Origin: Scenedesmus sp. PABB004
Taxonomy: Eukaryota
Reading direction: 5' to 3'
DNA length: 64,000 bases
NCBI GenBank assembly: GCA_014905635.1
Contig: JABVCE010000013.1
Coordinates: 1,116,001 to 1,180,000, forward strand
The first letter of the stretch is position 1; every line of letters begins with the position of its first letter. Below are positions 35,251 through 48,227 of this stretch, one piece after another. The notes beneath the pieces were generated by a model. That model made no database searches and was not told the DNA's origin. It saw nothing but the letters and a program-made list of their open reading frames with translations. Both the position numbers and the translations under genes were made by a program.

Positions 35251-35583
35251 ATCGTGTTGACCGGGCGGCCAAGCACGGCGGCGGCGGGGGCGGCCTGGGC
35301 TTCAACCGACGCCTCTGCGGGCTTGATCGCTGGCTCGCGCCCCCGCGCCGCCGCCGCCGCCACCGCCGGTGCCGGCGGCGCCGGGCGCAGAAGCGCGGGC
35401 GGCGCTGCGACGGCCGCGGCCTCAATTTGCCTCGCCCGGCAGTCGCGTGCGTTCCTCCCGTCAATCGCCCGCCCGCGCCCGCCATCCACGCGCGTGCGCG
35501 CTCCCAGCGCCGGCAGTCGATTGCAGCAGCCGGCGATCTCCCTCGCCGCCCAGGCCGCCCCGGGGCGCGCATTGGGCAGCACC

Positions 35584-36752
35584 ATGCTCGCGCAGCAACG
35601 CTGCCGCGCGCCCGCGGCGGGCGGCGCAGCCAGGGCGGCGCCCGGCGCGGCGCGGCGCCCGGTGCCGCTGCTGCTGCCCGCCGGCCGGCGGCTGGCGGCG
35701 GCGCAGCGGCTCGTGTGCGGCGCGGCGTCCGGCGCCGACCCTTACCGCGTGCTGGGCGTGGAGCGGGACGCGGACACCAACGCCATCAACCGCGCCTACA
35801 CACAGAAGAAGTACGCGGCGCGCAACGCCGGCGACGACAGGGCGGCCGCGGAGATCGAGGCCGCGCACAGCGCGCTCATGATGCGCGCGCTCAGCGCGCG
35901 CGTCAAGGGCAAGGCCGTGAGCAAGGACGTCGCGTACGCCGACACGGAGCCGCTCTTCCCCTGGCGCCCGAAGCGCTGGGACGCGACGCCCAAGGTCCGC
36001 GCGCCGCGGCCGCGGCCGCGGCCGCTGCCGCGCCGCGCAGGCAGCCGCCGTCGCTGCTGACGCCAGCGCCGCGCTGCGCGCGCGCGCCGCAGGTCATCCT
36101 GATTGTGGGCGCGATGCAGATGGCCATGTGCGCGTACGGCTTCAACGCGCCCAACATGTCCAAGGTCATCGGCTGCATGCTCATCGGCATCGCCGGTGCG
36201 CGCCGCGTGCCGCGCCGCCGCGCGCGCCGGCCGGGTGCTGCTGCCCGCCCCTGCTGTCGCCGGCCCCGCCGCGCCCGGAGCTCGCCGCGGGGAGCCCTCA
36301 CCCCGCCGCGCGCGCCGCAGGCAACGTGCTGAAGCAGAACGCGATCAGCCCACCGCCCAAGGACCCGAGCATGGCGACCGAGGAGGAGGCGGGGCGCAGC
36401 GGGCGCAACTTTGTGCGCGGCACGCTGCTCGCGCTGCTCGCGACCTTTGCCGGCGTGCTGCTCTTCGGCGCGCCCGAGTACGCGGGCCAGCTCAGCGCGG
36501 CGATCAAGCTCCCCGACGCGCTGACCGCGCCGGGGCTGGTCGTGTCGCTCAAGATCGCGGGCGCCGCGCTCTGGTGCGCCCCGCGGCGCCCCGCGCCCCG
36601 CACCCGCCCGCACCCGCCCGCGCCCGCGCCCGCGCCCGCCCGCGCCGCGCCGCGCGGCGGCGCCGCCCCGCCCCGCGCGCCGCGCCGGCCGCGTCCGACG
36701 CCTCCGCTCCGCCCGCCGCAGCAACTGGCTGATGACCGCCTTCTACTACTGA
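35584..36752 (+). CDS. CPP1: Chaperone-like protein of POR1 (CPP1/CDF1-like, J-like domain plus TM helices), plastid
   Basis: Transit peptide; DPYRVLGV..INRAY..IEAAHS.LMM..L.AR.KG..V.KDV.YAD..P.FPWRP; J-like domain without HPD; C-terminal TM segments ending FYY*. Confidence 0.8.
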
Positions 36753-37803
36753 GGCGGCGCGCAGCAGCAGGGTGCAGCGGCAAGCAGCGGCGGCAGCAGA
36801 GGCGGCGCGGGCGGCGGCGGCGGCGGGCAGCGCCGGCAGAGGCGCGGCGGCGGCGCGGCGCGGCGCGCGGCGGCGCGGCAGCTGCCGGGGACGGCGGCGG
36901 GGAGGAGGGGCAGGGGAGGCAGCTGGGCGTGGTTGCCGGCAGCAGCAGAGAGCGAGCGAGTGGCACCTCATGCAAGCGTTACCATGCCAAGCAATGCGAT
37001 CACGCCCCGCGCGCGCGCGCGGTCGTCGCCGCCGTCGTCGTCAGCCGCTGCCGCGCCGCGGCCACGGTCGGGCCGCGCACGCGAGTCACAGACGAAGGAA
37101 CAAGGAGACCGAGGAGGGAGGTCTAGGGCATGCTGGCGGCGGCGAGCATGAAAGCAAGTGCACCCCCCCCTAGGTGATCTTCGCCGCCAACACAACACGC
37201 CCGCCTGAGCTTGCCCCTGCGGCGGCGCGGCCGCGGCCGCGCCGCGCGCCCGGGGCTGCAGGCCCTGTGCACAACCAGATGGCGGCGCCGCGGGCGCGCG
37301 TGCAGCTCTCGCCGCCCTGTACAGACAAGACGCAGCCGCGCGCAGCAGGGCAGCGGCTGTGCGCCGGCGAGCGCCGCTCGCCGAGCTGCAGCCTCTGAAC
37401 CGCGCACACGTGCACGCACCTGCCCCGCCCCACACGCGCGGGGGTCGGGCCGCGCACCGCCGCCGCCCCAGCAACTCCTGCCCCACCGACGCCCGCGAGA
37501 GCCCCCGCCCAGCAGCTGCCCCGCGCCCCTCCGCCAGCAGTGAGGTACACGCAAGTGCGAGAGGGCCGCGGCGGCCCCCAGCCGGCGGTGGGCGCCGAAC
37601 AAAGTCCCCTCGCAGCAGCCCCGCCCGCGCCGCGGCCGCCGGCGCCGCGCGGCGCGCGCGACGCCGCGGGGTGTGGCGCGCCGCGTGCGGTGGCGGGCAC
37701 GGGCGCGCGCGATAGCAGGCGGCGAGGCCCGCGACAGCAGGGGGGATGAGGGCGTCAGGTGGTGAGGGCATCATGACGCAGTCGTCGTCATGTGACGGCG
37801 CCG

Positions 37804-39377
37804 TCAGATGACGTAGTCGAGAATAAAGTCCTCCGTCTGGTCCATCGTGAGCGAGGGCTCGCTGCGCGCGAGCTGCTTGACGATGCGCGCGGGCACGCCG
37901 ACCGCGACGCTGTGGCAGGGCAGGTCGGAGACGACGACGCTGCCCGCGCCGACCTTGGCGCCGCAGCCGATCGTGACGTTGCCGAGCACGCTCACGCCCG
38001 CGCCGAGCAGCACGCCGTGCCCGATCGTGGGGTGCCGGATGCCCTTGCCCGTGCCGCTGCCGCCGAGCGTGACGTGGTGCAGCATCGACACGTTGTCGCC
38101 CACGACCGCCGTCTCGCCGACCACCACGCCCGTCGCGTGGTCCAGCAGGATGCCCCGCCCAAACGTGGCCGCGGGGTGCACGTCGACGTGGAACGCCTCG
38201 CTGATGCGGCTCTGCAGCGCGACCGCGAGCATCTGCGCGCCGCGCCGCGCGCGGGCGGGCGGGCGGCGGCCGCGGTCAGGCCGCCGCGCGCGCCGCCGCC
38301 GCCGCCGCCGCGCGCCCGCTCGCCGGCCGGCCGCTGCTCGCCGCGCCCCTCCGCCGCGCTCCCCGCGCGCGCGCGCGTGCCGCGCGCCTTGCGGCCCTTG
38401 CCCCAGAGGTGGTGCGCGATGCGGTGGCACTGGATCGCCTGGAAACCCTTGAAGTAGAGGAGGCACTGCGTGTACTTGTCGCACGCGGGGTCGCGGTCGG
38501 TCACGGCCTGCAGGTCGGCGAGCGCGGCGTCGACGATGCCGGGCGCCTCGAGGTAGCAGTCCTCGATGATCTTGACCAGCTGCGTGCTGTACAGCGTCGG
38601 CGAGGCGAGCTTGTTGGCGAGGATGAAGTTGAGGCTCTTCTCAAAGCTCGCGTGCCCCAGAATGCTGCTGTAAAGGAAGCTCGCGAGCGTCGGCTCCGCG
38701 TCGGCGTCGGCCTTGGCCTCCGCGCGCAGGCGCGCCCACAGCGCGTCCTTGCCGAGGTGGTGCGGCATCGGGCGCCAGCCCTGGCTCGGGTGGTAGTCTG
38801 CGCGGCGGCGGCGCGGCGCGGGCGCGGGCGGCGCGTCGGCGGGCGCCGCTGCGGCGGGCGCCGCTGCGGTGGCCGCGGCGCCGTGGTCCCCGGCATGCAC
38901 ACACTGGGCCGCATGCGCGGGGCGCGCGCGCGGCCGCGGCGGCGCCGCAACAGCAGCGCCGCCGGCGGGCAGCAGCTCACCGTCGGCCGGCGGCTGCTGC
39001 GGCAGCTGCTCCACCTCCGCCACCAGGCGCGCCGCCAGGCCCTGGCGCACGTCGGGCAGCTCCAGCGGCGCGGGCGCGGGCGGCCGCGGCGCCTGCTGCG
39101 CCAGTCCCAGCGCCGAGAGCTCCGGCGCGGCCGTGGCGGCCACGCCCAGCCGCGGTGCGCGCCCTGCGGCGCGGGAGGGACTCACTGTGAGCCGGAAGCG
39201 CGCCCCCGCTGCGCCGCGCGAGGCGCGTGGGCGCGGCGCGCGCCTGCCATGCGCGCTGCCCCCGGCGCGCGCCGCACCTGGCCGCCGCCAGCTCGCCGCG
39301 CCCGGCGTCGCCGTCACGACGCCGTCGCAGCCACCCACGCGCCGCGCCCGCAGGGGCGCGCCGGCGAGCGAGCGCAT
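37804..39377 (-). CDS. SAT: Serine O-acetyltransferase (organelle-targeted)
   Basis: EPTLASFLYSSILGH, DLQAVTDRDPAC, FKGFQAIQCHRIAH, DVHPAA..LLDHATGVVVGET, VTLGGSG..RHPTIG hexapeptide repeats, C-terminal DYVI. Confidence 0.96.
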
Positions 39378-40095
39378 GTTGTGTGGCGCCGGCCCGTGTG
39401 AGGCGGCCGCCCGGCCTCCGCGAGGCGCACGCGCGGTGCGAGGAGCTGCTGGGCGATGCAGACTCACTGACCCGCGGCCCTCGGCGGCGGCTGCGCGGGT
39501 GCCCCGAGAGGGAGGGGCCGCGAGGCGAGAGCAGTGGTGTGCTGCGCTGCCGGCTGCGGGCGCTGGTGCGCCGGCGTGTCGTGGCGGCGCGGGAGTGAGC
39601 GGCGGGCGGGTGGGCGGGGGCTGCCAGGGCGGCGGCGCTCAGCGGCGCGCCGTCGTCATCGACCAGCGGAACTGGAAACTTGGCGAAAACCGCCGCGGCT
39701 TTGCCCAGCTTTGAGCGGCGGCGCTGAGAACACCACCGCCTATCGGGAAGGTGCTGCACACATCAAAGTGATCGGTCACACCACCCACCTGCAGCGGCCG
39801 TGCCGACCGCCCTGGTGCACTGCCGCGTCAAACCTGGCGAGCGTGCGTGAGCACCGAGCGGCGGCCCCCCTCAGTCCCACCTCTACACGCAGCCGGTGGG
39901 CGCGCAGCTGAGCGCACCTGGCGCCGGTCACAGTCGGCTGCGCCGGAGGTGCGCCCGAGGGTGCGTGCAACGCACCCGCAGCACGTGCTGCCTGCAGGGG
40001 CTGCGTTGCTGTGAGTGACGGCCTCACTTTGCTCGGCGCCGCTTGCTCTGTTACCCGCTGCCGCGCGCCCGGTCAGGGGCGCGCACCGCCGCCGC

Positions 40096-40316
40096 TCAGC
40101 GGCCCAGGTACGCCGGCGGCGCGCCGCTGTGCGGCCGCGCCGCCATGCCGCCGGCGCCGCCGGCGGCGGAGGCGCCGCCGCGGCCGCGCAGCTCCGCCAT
40201 GGCCGCCTCGACGCAGCGCTTGACGTCAGCGTACGACACCACCAGCAGCGAGCGCTCGTCGCGGCTCTGCAGCAGCACCTGCTCCGCCACGCCCGCGTCG
40301 AGCTGCGCGGCGCGCA

Positions 40317-40347
<31 letters not shown>

Positions 40348-43300
40348 GCACGAGGGTGGGGCGGCCGCGGCGCCCCCGCCGCAGCAGCATCGCCCCCGCC
40401 GCAGCAGCGTCGCCCCCCGTCGCAGCGCCCCGGCCCGCGCCGGCGCCCGCAGGCCGGGCGAGGCGGGCGGCGCGTGGCCCGCAGCGCGCGGGCGGCCGGG
40501 CCGCCGCCCTCGCAGGGGCCCGCCGCCGCCGCTGCACCTTGTTGAGCGCCTCCACGATGTGGCCCCAGTCCAGGCCGCGGCCGCCCTCCAGCTCGCCCTG
40601 GTGGAACACAAAGTCACGGAAGAGCTGCAGCAGGTACCTGCGGCACAGGCACAGGCACAGGCGCGCGCCAGGCGGCGGGAGGAGCGGCGGCGTCGGGCGA
40701 CGCCGCGCGGCGCGCGGGCGCGCGGGCGAGCCCCCCCCCCCCCCCCCCGGCGGCCACACGGCGCGGCAAGGCGGCGCGGCGGCGCGCCTGTCGCCGGTGT
40801 CGGCCCAGGCCGCGCCCGTGTGGCCGTGCGCGTCGGGCGCGCGGTCCGTGACAAACGCGAGCTTGGAGGCGAGCCGGAAGAGCCGCCCGTTCTCCATCTC
40901 CGCCGACAGGTCCTCCAGCTGCGCCGCGGCGGCGGCGGCGGCGCGGCGCGCTCGCGGCGCCGGCTGCCACGGCCGCCGGCGGCGGCGGCGGCGGCGGCAG
41001 CGGCTGCGCGGCGGCGGCGGCGTGCGGCGTGCGGCGCGCCGCACCAGGGCCTCGTTGAAAATGGCGAGGCTGTCCATCTCCAGCAGCAGCCGCTCGCCGA
41101 GCAGCGCGCTCACGGCGCGCCAGCTGAAGCCGTGCGGCGCGTCGCCGACGCCGAGGAGCAGCACCAGCAGGCGCACCAGCTCGGGCGAGTGGTGCAGCGC
41201 CGCGACGTCGAGGCTCGGCGCCGACGCGCCGCCGACGGCGCACGCGAGCGCGAGCAGCAGCTGGCCCATCGCCTGGCGGCGCGGTGCGCGCGGCGTGGGG
41301 CGGCGTGGGGCGGCGTGGGGCGTGTGGGCGCCGCGCCGGCGCGGGCGGGTCGCGGGCGAGGGGAGCGCGGGGAGGCGGAGCCCCCCCCCCCCCCCCCCCG
41401 CGGCGCCGGCCGCCGTGCTGCCTCACCGCGACGTCGTCACGCTGCAGTGCGAGCAGCTCGTCGGCGCTGCCCGGCACGGCCTCGCCGCACAGCGCCTCCG
41501 CGACGCCGAGGCCCGACACCTTGAGCCGCCCCGCGGGCGTGAGCAGCACCTTGGTCGGCGACAGCGCCGCGGGGCGCAGCGCGAGGCCCGCCGCGTGCGC
41601 GGCGCGCAGCGCGGCCGCGAGCTGCACCACATAGCTCCACAGCACCTCCTCGGACGGCGTGTTGCGCACGAGCTGCCCTGACGCGGTCTGGCGCGGGGGC
41701 GGGGGCGGGCGCGGGTCGGCGCGGCCGGCGCGGGACGCGGCTGCGGCGCACGCTGCGGCGGCGGCGGCCCCGGGGCGGCGGCCCGCGCCGCGCCGCGCCT
41801 GCGTGGGCTGCAGGTGCGCCTGCGCGAGGCTGAGCGCGCCGGGGACGTAGGGCGCGGCAACCACGAGCGAGGGGCTGCCGTCGAGCTCGTGCGACACAAA
41901 GCCCTCGGCCGGGACGAGCAGCCCCGGGTGCCCCGCGAGCGGCGACCACGCCTCCACCGCGCCGCGCACGACGCCGAGCATCTCCAGCGAGGGGATGACC
42001 TAGACCGGGGCAGGCGGCGCGCGGCCCGGCGGGCGGTCGGCGCGCGCCGGGCGCGCCGCCGGGCGCGCCGCGGCGCCGCGCACCTGCTTGCCGCAGACCA
42101 CGCGCAGCGCGTAGCCGCGCCCGTCGCGGCTGGAGACGCCCTTGAGGCAGCTCGTGCGCACACCCCACGCGCCGCCGCCGGCGTCGGCCGCGCCGGAGAG
42201 GTCCTCCAGCGGGTAGAGCGTGTGGTAGGGCCCCACCCTGTCGGGCAGCGCCGGGTCGTCCGGGCCGGGCACGTACTGCGCGCGGGGCGGGGCGAGGGCG
42301 GGGCGGAGAGGAGCGCTCACGGCACGGCGCGGCGGTGGCGCGGCGCGGCGGCGGCGCGGCGGCGGCGCAGCGCGGCGCGGGCGGCGCGGGCGGGGCGGGG
42401 CGGCGCGTCGCGGGCGGCGGCGGCGCGGGCGGCGCGCCTGCATCTGCACGAGGTGGCTCGCGTGCGTGAGCTGCTGGCGCAGGCCCTCGCCCATGAACTG
42501 CCCCGACAGCAGCGCCTTGCCGGGCGGCAGCCCCGCGCCGTGCCCGCCGTGGAAGCCGCCCGGCCCTCCGCCGCCGTAGCCGCCATAGCTGCCCTGCATC
42601 TGCGCCAGGAGCCCGCGCTTGGCGCCGCCGCCGCTGCCGGGGCCGGGGCCGCCCAGGGCGCCGCCGAGCGCGCGGCCGCCGCCAAAGCCGCCGCCGGGCC
42701 GCCCGGACCCGGCGGCGCAAACATGCCGCCGCCGCCGCCGCCGCCGGGCAGGCCGGGGCCGCGGTTGCCGCGGCCGCCGCGCGCGGCGGCGGCGCTGCCG
42801 GGGCGCGCCGGGCTGGCGCCCAGGCCCGGCGGCAGCACGGGCGCGGGCGCGCCGGGCTTGTGGGGAGACTTGAGCATGCGCGCCGCCGCCTGCGCGACGG
42901 CCCTGCGCGGCGCGGGCGGCGAGCGGCGGGCCGTGTGGGGGCGCCGGCCGGCGCGCCGCCGACCGAGGGCGCGGCGCGGCGCGGCGCCGCACCTTGGCTG
43001 CTGCTGCGTCGGCGCGCCCGCCGCGGGCTGCTGCGCGCTGCTGCTGCCGGCACCGGCGGCGGTCGTGGGCACGAACGAGGCCGCCGCCGCCGACATGCCG
43101 CCCAGCGCCTGCTTGCCGCTCGCGGGCCTGGCCTTGCCCGCCGCCGGCGCGCCGCCTGCGCGCGGCGCCACGCGCGGCGCGTCGGCGGCGGGGCCAGTGC
43201 GCGCGCGGGCGGCAGCGAGACCCGCGCGCGCGGGCAGCCAGCGCAGATGCACGGCGCCCCGCACCCGGCACGAAGGGCGCGGCGGACGCCGCCGCGGCGA

Positions 43301-43433
43301 GGGCGCTGCCGTTGAGCGCGGCCGCGCCCCCGGCGCTGCTGCCGGCGGTTGCGCCCTCGCCGCCGCCCGGCGGCACCCAGGGCGCCGCCGATGCGGTCAG
43401 GCCCGACGGGCTCCTGCTCATCTCGTCAGGCAT
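40096..43433 (-). CDS. PAN3: PAN2-PAN3 deadenylase subunit PAN3 (pseudokinase)
   Basis: YHTLYPLE, EEVLWSYVVQLAAALRAAH, EMENGRLFRL..KL, WADTGDRYLLQLFRDFVFHQ, LNKLDAG..LQSRDE; N-terminal PAM2-like motifs. Confidence 0.93.
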
Positions 43434-44100
43434 CGCGCACGGGCGTTGGGCCTGCCTGCGGGGGGCGCCAGCGCCGCGGCGCGACCGTGGCAGCAGCGGC
43501 GGCGGCGGCGGAGCGCAGGCGTGTCGCGCCGCGCTGCCGCGTGGCTGGGAGCCCGGATGGCCGGTACGGCTGCCACCGCGGGGCGCTCGAGGCGGCGTCA
43601 GCTGCCTCAGGCGCGAGGAGCGGGCCGCGATGCGCCTTGCCCGCCTCGCCGCGCGCACCCGACGCTCCGAGCTTCGCCGGGCCCGCCGGTCAGCTGCTGT
43701 CTGCCATTGTTCTCGGCGGTGCCGGGTGGGCAGCCGGAGCCGTTGTGCTGCGCCGCAACCGCCGCCGCGCTGCTGCTGTTCGCGCGCCCCCAGGCCGCGG
43801 CCCAGCTCGCCGCCGCTGTCGTTGGCTGTGCGGATCTGGCCACCGGGGCAGCAGCTAGCAGGGCGGGGGCACACAAAGCTGGGCGGGGCACAAGGCGCAG
43901 GTTTTACCGTCCAGCGCCATCGCAGTGCGCCGCGTCAGGCGAGCCGTTCCGGCGAAGGTGCGTGCGAGTGTGTGTGTGTGAGTTTCGGAAGAGACAAAGC
44001 AAACAGCAGGATGCGCAGCGCCGCTGCTGCTGAGCGCGCCGCGGCGCGACGCCAGCAAACGCGCGTCGGCGGCCCCCCGGCCGCGGCGCCGTTCGAGCGC

Positions 44101-44102
44101 CA

Positions 44103-44132
<30 letters not shown>
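44101..44132 (+). repeat. (CACG)n microsatellite
   Basis: About 8 tandem cacg units. Confidence 0.9.
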
Positions 44133-44133
<1 letters not shown>

Positions 44134-44262
44134 GTCTGCCTGTGCCCCGCGATATGTACAGAGAAGCCCCCCCCCCTGCCTGGCTGTCGCGAGGCCCGAC
44201 CGAGCGCGCAGTGCTGCCTGGCTGCCTGCTGGCGGCCGCCTGCCGCCTGCTCACCCGGGACG

Positions 44263-44483
44263 TCACACCACAAACCCGCCCGCGCCGCCGCCGCTCGCGC
44301 CGAAGCCGCCCTCGTCCGCCCCAAAGTCGTCGTCGAGCACCTCTGCCATGGCCTCGTCGATCGCGCCGTCCGCGTCGATGCGCGCGGGGCCGGCCGTCCC
44401 GACCGCGCGCGCGGCCTGCACGAGGCGCTGGATCTCCTCCACGCTCTGCTGCGACGGCGACGACGGCTGCATCGCGGGGTTCT

Positions 44484-44520
<37 letters not shown>

Positions 44521-46227
44521 CGGCAGCGGCGGCGGTGGCAGGGCGGCGGCGCGTGAGCGCGCGGCCGCGCGGCCGCGCCCGCGCGGCGCGCCACGGGGCG
44601 CGGCGCGGCGGGGCCCCCGCCGCCGGCGCCGCGTGCCGCGCGTCTTCTCTCCGCGCGCACCGCGAGCTCGACGGGCAGGTTGCGCAGGAACCAGGGGTGG
44701 CGCTTGATCTCGGCCAGGGTGATGCGCTGCGCCGGCGCGGCGACAAAGATGCGGGCGAGCAGGTCCTGGCACTCGGGGCTGATGCGCAGCTGCGGCGGGA
44801 TGCTGTACTTGACCGCCAGGATGCGCTGCGCGCGTGCCGGGGGCGGGCGGGCGGGCGGCGGGGCGCGCGCGCGGGTCGCGCGATCGGTGGCGCGGCGCGG
44901 GCGGCCGGGGCGCGGCGCGCAGTGCGCGGCGCGCGGGCGGCGGTCTGCTCCGCCGTGCCCCGCGCCGCGCGGCGCGCGGGGTCGCGCCTTGATGGTCTTG
45001 CTGAAGTTGCGCGGGTCCGTGTGGTCCTCAAAGGGGTACGCCCCCACCAGCATCACGTACAGCGTCACGCCGCAGCTCCTGCAAGACGCGACACCGCGCC
45101 CCGCGCCGGCGCCGTGTCGGCGCGGGCCGCGCCGGCGCGCGGGCCGCGCCGGCGCGCGCGCCGTGCCGCGCCGCGCCGCGCCGCGCGCACGCACCACACG
45201 TCGGCGCCGTGGCCGTTGTAGGCGGTGCGCTGCAGCACCTCGGGCGCGATGTACGCGGGCGTGCCGACCGTGGACTTGGGCTGGCTGTCGAGCGCGCTCT
45301 TGGAGTAGCCAAAGTCACAGATCTTCACGCGCGGCGCGGGGCTGCCGTCCAGCAGCGTGTTTTCGAGCTTCAGGTCGCGGTGGCACACGCCCTGCGCGCG
45401 CGCACGCGGCGGCGCGGGGCGCGGCGCGGCCGGGCCAGCGCGCGGGCGGGCGGGCGGTCGGGCCGGGCGCCCTGCCGCAGCCGCGGCCGCGGCCCGCCGC
45501 GCCGCCCGCTGCGTCTCGCGCCGTGCCCGCCCGCCGCGCCGCGCGCCGCGCCGCCCGCTGCGCCGCGCCGCGCGGCCGCGCACGCTCTGGTGGCAGTAGT
45601 CCACGCCGCAGATGAGCTGTTGGAAGAAGTAGCGCGCCTCGTCCTCGCTGAAGCGGCCCGCCTTGACGATGCGGTCAAACAGCTCCCCGCCGGCGGCGTA
45701 CTCCATCACGATGCAGAGGTGGCTCGGCGTGAGGAACACCTGGCGCGCGGGCGGGCGCGGGGCGGCGTGGGCGCGGCGAGGGGTGAGAGGGGGGGCAGGG
45801 CGGAGGGGCGGCGGCGCGGCGCGCGGGCGCGAGCGCGGGAGTGCGGCGCGGCGCGCCTCCTTGAAGCCGACCACGTTGGCGTTCAGCAGCATGCGGTGGT
45901 TCAGGATTTCGCGCTCCACGTTCTTGTCCACCTGCGCCCGAGCCCCGGGGCGGCCGGCCGCTGGGCGGGCGGCGCGGGGCGGGCGGCGGCGCGCGCGCGG
46001 GCAGCGGCGCCGCGCCGGCGCCGCACCCGGTCGCCGCGCTCGATGAACTTGACCGCCACCAGCTCGTTGTTCTTGCGGTCGCGCATGAGCTTCGCGACGC
46101 CGAAGTTGCCGGACCCGATGTCGCGTATCTGCGGCGGGGGGGCGCGCTTGCTGCTCGCTGCCATCTGCTCCCCGCCCCCGCGCGCCAGGGCCACGCGCCG
46201 CGCGCTCACAAACTCGTATCGCTCCAT
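44263..46227 (-). CDS. SnRK2: SNF1-related kinase 2 family Ser/Thr kinase
   Basis: [78 protein letters not shown], SnRK2 box [10 protein letters not shown], acidic tail. Confidence 0.97.
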
Positions 46228-46994
46228 CTTTGTGTCGGCCGCGTCCAGGCACCCCCAGACGCGGCCCAGCCGCTGATCGCGGGGTGGGAGCCGAGCGCTG
46301 CCCTGCTCGGCCGCGAGCGCCCGGAGCTGTGGGTGTCGGGCGGGGCTGCTTGGACCTGGCGCCGCGTGGAGGGACTCTGGGGGCGGCGACAGCCGGCGGC
46401 GGCAGGCGGGCGCCCCGGCGCGGCGGCGCAGCGGCGAGGGGCTCTGCGCGCCGCGCGGTCACAAGGGCGCGGCGTGCGCTTCCGTGCCCCTCTCTTGAAT
46501 GACTCTCTTGCCGCGAGAGTTCTCGCTCGCGGCCGCACGCTCTCGACCCGGCCGTCAGGCAGCAGCCAGCAGGCGCCGCACGGGTGGCGCGCCGCGCGCC
46601 GCACGTGGCCACGCCGCGCCTCGCTACGAGCAGCGGGCCACAGGCCGGCCCCTCTGCACACAAGAGTGTCCCCTCTGCGCACACCGACCCTCAAAATGGC
46701 GGGCCCGTTGATTGATGCGTCGGCGACGCGCGGCGGCGGCTGGTGCCGCGCGGCGGTGTCGCCGGCCCCCGCTCAGGTCGGAGCCACTCCTCTGCTGTTG
46801 GCAGACCAACGAAACAACGAACGAACGAACGGCGCGGCAGCCTGCAGCCCGCGCACACCGTGGCCAGGGAGCGTCCCGCCCGCCCCGAAAACGGCCCCAC
46901 CCCTCCGGCGCCGCGCCGCGCCGTGGCCGCAGCGCGCGCGGGCGCGCGCGCGCATGCCAACCTGCCGTCGCGCGGCGGCACGCGGCGGCGCTGC

Positions 46995-48187
46995 TCACGA
47001 CACGAGCACCTTGTCGGCCCAGCTCAGCATCATCTGGCGCCCGATGCTGGGCAGGTCGGACACGACCTGCTGCACGAGCCGCCCCGGGCTCACGTCGGCC
47101 TGCAGCAGGCCCAGCACCTGCCGCACCTCCTCCACGTGTAGCTGGTTGTCCTCCGTCAGCGCCAGGATGGCCTGTGCGCGGCGCACGCACGCGGGCGGGG
47201 TGAGCGGCGCACGCGGGGGTGAGCGGCGCACGCGGGCGCGGGTGAGCGGCGCGGCGCAGCACACAGCTCGCGCGGCCCGCGCAGGCGCGCGCAGGCGCGC
47301 CGGGGCCCCACCCACCTGGCGCCGGAGCTTCTCGTCCACCATGAGCAGCCGCGCCGCATCGCGGACGGTATCGCTGAGGTCGAGCCCCCGCGCGCCGCTG
47401 CCGGCGCCGGTGCCGGCGCCGGCGGGGCTGCCCGGCCGGCTCGGCGGCGCCGCGCCGGGCATCGCCATCGCGCCGCCGCTGCCCTCGCGCGCGAGCGTGA
47501 TGAGGTTGGTCAGCCGCGCCCACTGGAACTTGCCGCCCTGAAAGAGCACCTGGATCAGGCGCTCGCGCAGCGCGGGGTCCTCGTCCGTCAGCAGGCGCCT
47601 GCGGCGACGGCGGCGGCGCGAGCGCGCGCGCGGGCGGCGGCGGCGTGAGCGCGCGCGGCGCGCGCCGGCGCGCGCGACGCGCGCGCGCGCGACGCGCGCG
47701 TGGGCCCCACGCGCCGCGCGCGTGGGCCAGCGCCGCGGCGGCGGCGGCGGCGGGCGGCGGGCGGCGGGCGGGCGCACCGCGCGACGTAGGGGTAGGCGAC
47801 CTCGAGGAAGTGGAACTGCGGCTTGAGCGTCATGCAGATCCCCTCCTGCGTCAGCAGGCTGCGGATGACGAGGCTGTAGCGCTCCGGGATGCTGCGGCGG
47901 GACGCAGGCGGCGCGGCGGGTGAGGCGCGGGCGGCCGCGGGCGGCGGCGCGCGCGGTGCCCGACCAGGGGGCGGGCGAGCGCGGCGCGGCGGCGGCGGCG
48001 CGGCGCGGCGCGGTGAGCGGTGCAGCGCGCGCACCGGATGGGGTACTGGTACACGAGCTCGTTGAACTTGCTGGTCACGGTGCGGAAGTTGAAGTCGGCG
48101 AGGCTCTGGCCCTTGGAGTCGCGCCAGATGTTCTCCAGCGCCGGCACGATCGGGCTGATGTCGGTGCCTGGAGGAGGGCCGCGGCGC

Positions 48188-48227
<40 letters not shown>

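Noticed and set aside
36760..37800. Extra gene or ncRNA between CPP1 and SAT
   Set aside because: No convincing coding or structural signal; compatible with two convergent 3' UTRs.
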